Shown here: one piece after another, positions 61,801 through 64,000 of the stretch
Numbering within the stretch: position 1 is the first letter of the stretch
How the letters are laid out: the number at the start of each line of letters is the position of its first letter
From: Octopus sinensis
Taxonomy: Eukaryota
Direction of reading: 5' to 3'
Length of the DNA stretch: 64,000 bases
Assembly: GCF_006345805.1 (NCBI RefSeq)
Contig: NC_042999.1
Coordinates: 148,862,001 to 148,926,000, forward strand
Position numbers and translations under genes: made by a program
Notes under the pieces: model-generated
What the model was told of the DNA's origin: nothing
The model's database searches: none
Seen by the model: only the letters and a program-made list of their open reading frames with translations

Positions 61801-62803
61801 AAATTTGAGGAAAAGAAGGCCATCATCATCATTGTTATAATGTTCACTTTTCCATTCTTTCATGAGTTGATGATGGTTACTGAAGGAGATTTGCAATGGG
61901 CAGATGCCCTTCCTGTTGCCAAGCCAGGTGATACATCTCAATGATAGACATGTTTGCATAGGATACTGGAAGTGAATGGTGTTCATTTACAACCATTACA
62001 TGATGTCAAAATAAGGAGACACAAACACATACATCTATATAACTGGCTTCTTTCAGGTTCTGCATACCAAATCCACTCGCAAACAATTGGTTGACCCAGG
62101 GCTAAAGTAGAAAACATTTGCCCAGTGAGACTGAAGCCAAAACCAAATGGCTAAAAAGCTAATTTCTCAATCGTACAAACATGCCTATGTCTAAAATATA
62201 TAATATTTTAGTACTAAAAAAAATTAGTATACTTTCAAAAGTTGAATATGGATTAAAGGGATATCTTATGTCCTGACTGTGTAGGATATGAAAATGAAAT
62301 TCTAATTTCTTAAAAATTGAAACTGAATCCTCAACGCTCCTACATCAGCTCTCACCCTCCTCCTCCTCATCATTTAACGTCCATTGTCCATGCTGGCATG
62401 GGTTGGACTGATTTGGCATGGTTTTCTACGGGTGGATGCCCTTCCTAATGCCAACCACTCTGAGAGTGTAATGCTTTTACATGCCAATTGTGTGACACCA
62501 GCATCCACCACTTCTGCAATTTTGCTCAACTTGATGGATCTTCTTCTCAAGCACAAACATAATGCCAAAGGTCTCGGTCTAAATCAATAACTAATAAGTA
62601 GAACTCCATTCTATACAGTCACTCAATAATAGTTAAATGCATTTTAACACAAAATAGAATTCCCAAGAAGAAAGCAAAAACAACTATTCAACTTACATAT
62701 TCTCTGTGTATATCTGTGTAAATGAATTTATTCTCTTCTGTATCAATAAATTCATGAAAATATCTCTCTAAAAAATTATGCTGTAACATTTGAAATTCCT
62801 CCT
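55789..62803 (-). CDS. ARL2BP: ADP-ribosylation factor-like protein 2-binding protein (BART), 5'-partial; 4 exons in window
   Basis: complement(join(55789-55866,58454-58550,61151-61236,62697-62803)): EEFQMLQHNFLERYFHEFIDTEENKFIYTDIHREY INLVEKYLNERLVSKVPQFSMSDFMHQMI ARKNELEGEIFELLLTFSDFLTFKEMILDYKA AKEGRTVDLSGGIMVTSFSTEGPTS*. Matches recalled human ARL2BP DTEENKL..ISLVEKYIE..DFLAFKEMFLDYRAEKEGRGLDLS. Confidence 0.95.
56015..56283 (-). mobile_element. Young RTE-tail repeat copy
   Basis: Reverse complement of 56521-56795. Confidence 0.8.
56521..56795 (+). mobile_element. Young RTE-tail repeat inserted into a CR1 3' end
   Basis: Splits the CR1 motif HIFTL|RVAEAWNKLP (CR1 pieces 56440-56520 and 56796-57060); (GAT)n tail. 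Confidence 0.8.
58454..58550 (-). CDS. ARL2BP: ARL2BP internal exon
   Basis: ctttcag|T GCT CGG AAG...TAT AAA GCT|gtgagt. Confidence 0.95.
58825..58875 (+). ncRNA. Decayed hammerhead motif
   Basis: TTGATGA A GTTGC-AAATA-GCAAC AAAAG GCCTT: C3->T and G12->A; palindromic stem III AGGCCT; inside an imperfect inverted repeat 58700-58950. Confidence 0.5.
59536..60047. mobile_element. Penelope-derived fold-back element with two decayed hammerheads and a nested SINE (~59775-59968)
   Basis: Arms ACCAGAGTAAG..TAGAGTAATATGCTTTATT / AATAAAGCATATTACTCTA..CTTACTCTGGT; GAAACTCTGAGTAACAG on both strands. Confidence 0.7.
60612..60949 (-). pseudogene. Partial duplicate of an ARL2BP exon plus upstream intron
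   Basis: 60623-60949 is a high-identity copy of 58498-58832; acceptor retained; reads ARKNELGEIFELLLTFMRH*. Confidence 0.85.
61151..61236 (-). CDS. ARL2BP: ARL2BP internal exon
   Basis: ttttcag|ATA AAC CTT...CAG ATG AT|gtaagt. Confidence 0.95.
61400..61683 (-). mobile_element. tRNA-derived SINE
   Basis: Minus head GGTGCAATGGCCCAGTGGTTAGGGCAG..GGTTTCAATTCC; CGATGGACTGGCATCCCGTTCAG body. Confidence 0.7.
62697..62803 (-). CDS. ARL2BP: ARL2BP internal exon
   Basis: tttcag|AG GAG GAA TTT...GAA TAT|gtaagt. Confidence 0.95.
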
Positions 62804-63739
62804 CTGAAAGCAGAAATCAATAAATTTCATATTTTAGCAATATTTCAAAGCAACATTGAATACATGTAACCAAGTAAGAGATAGATCATCATCATCATCA
62901 TCGTTTAACGTCCGCTTTCCATGCTAGCATGGATTGGACGGTTCAACTGGGGTCTGGGAAGCCAGAAGGCTGCACCAGGCCCAGTCTGATCTGGCAGTGT
63001 TTCTACAGATGGATGCCCTTCCTAACGTCAACCACTCCTGAGTGTTGTGGGTGCTTTTTACGTGCCAGACAAGGCTGGCAACAGCCACGATCGGATGGTG
63101 CTTTTTACGTGCCACCGGCACGGAGGTCAGTCAGAAACACTGAAGTATTTTAAATGAAATATTTCAGAAAGTGTTGTAGGATAACTTACACTGAACTTTT
63201 GAATTTATTCATAGCACAAATCTTTCAACTTGAAAAATGTACAAAAATGATTGAAATCTTGATCAAGGAGATGACAGAATTGAGATATGTGCCCACCACA
63301 ATAGAACTGATATCCTAAAATCAAGGTGCCACGTAAAAAAGCATTGGTGTGGGTGCTAGTACCACATAAAAAGCACCAGTGATGGTAACACATAGAAAGC
63401 ACTGGTGATGGTGCCACATAAAAAGCACTGGTGATGGTGCTGTGTAAAAAGCACCCAGTACACTCCTGTAAAGTGGTTGATGTTAGGAAGGGCATCAAGC
63501 AGTTTAAACCAAGCCAAAACAGATAATGGAACCTTGTGCAGCCCCTGGCCTTGTCAGTTCCTATCAGGCCATCCAACCCATGTCAGCATGGAAAACAGGT
63601 ATTAAATGAAGATGATGATAGTTATTTCTAGCAAAAGCATAAAACCTCAAATGTGGAGAGACAGGGAGAGAGTACAGTTAAGATTGACTCTAGGTTCCTG
63701 AGTGGTGTTTATTACATTGTTCCTAGAAGGACAAAGTTG

Positions 63740-64000
63740 ACCTGGCAAGATTTGAAACTAGAAATGAAAGAGATCAATTTTCACCACTTCCTCCCACATC
63801 TCCCTCTTCCAAAGGTCCCATTTCCTCTGGAAATTAGCACTTCTTAATAGAACTGCCCTTTTCCATATGTGTCACATGCTCATACCAATGTAGTCTTCTC
63901 TCTTGCATGCAATATCTGATTTTTCTTATATCAAAATTCTGCATGTTATTGGATGCTCTACCAATTCCGTCAATTCACTGCCCACTATTACAACATCGCA
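63740..64000 (-). mobile_element. Decayed RTE LINE C-terminal fragment
   Basis: Minus frame QERRLHWYEHVTHMEKGSSIKKC. Confidence 0.65.

Noticed and set aside
63205-63576. 123-aa minus ORF as the missing ARL2BP 5' exon
   Set aside because: Mostly RTE minisatellite; no match to the expected FDAVVGYLEDII-like segment, so the 5' exons lie beyond 64000

Overview
AT-rich, repeat-dense animal genomic DNA. The SINE, RTE-tail and MITE families point to an octopod cephalopod (Octopus); this is inference from repeat content. I assembled two intron-rich genes by hand; none of their exons is usefully captured by the ORF track. (1) A complete Nup93 on +: 23 coding exons, 18190-53268, 2466 nt = 821 aa + stop, all GT-AG with consistent phases. 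It has a probable non-coding first exon near 16.1 kb and an AATAAA at 53409. (2) The 3' four coding exons of ARL2BP/BART on -, convergent with Nup93 (62803 down to 55789); its 5' end lies beyond the window. The rest is mobile DNA: a full-length decayed maT (DD37D), mariner and Tc1 remnants, hAT/piggyBac/pogo-type MITEs, a non-autonomous Helitron, RTE and CR1 LINE 3' ends, several tRNA-derived SINE families and fold-back elements. The most unusual signal is a set of type I hammerhead-ribozyme motifs of the Penelope/retrozyme kind. One has an intact core (19054-19136, - strand). One recurs in a near-identical ~390-bp tandem array (35307-36273). Several others are decayed, four of them by the same G12->A change. 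A recent partial duplication of an ARL2BP exon also creates a competing splice acceptor with an in-frame stop.
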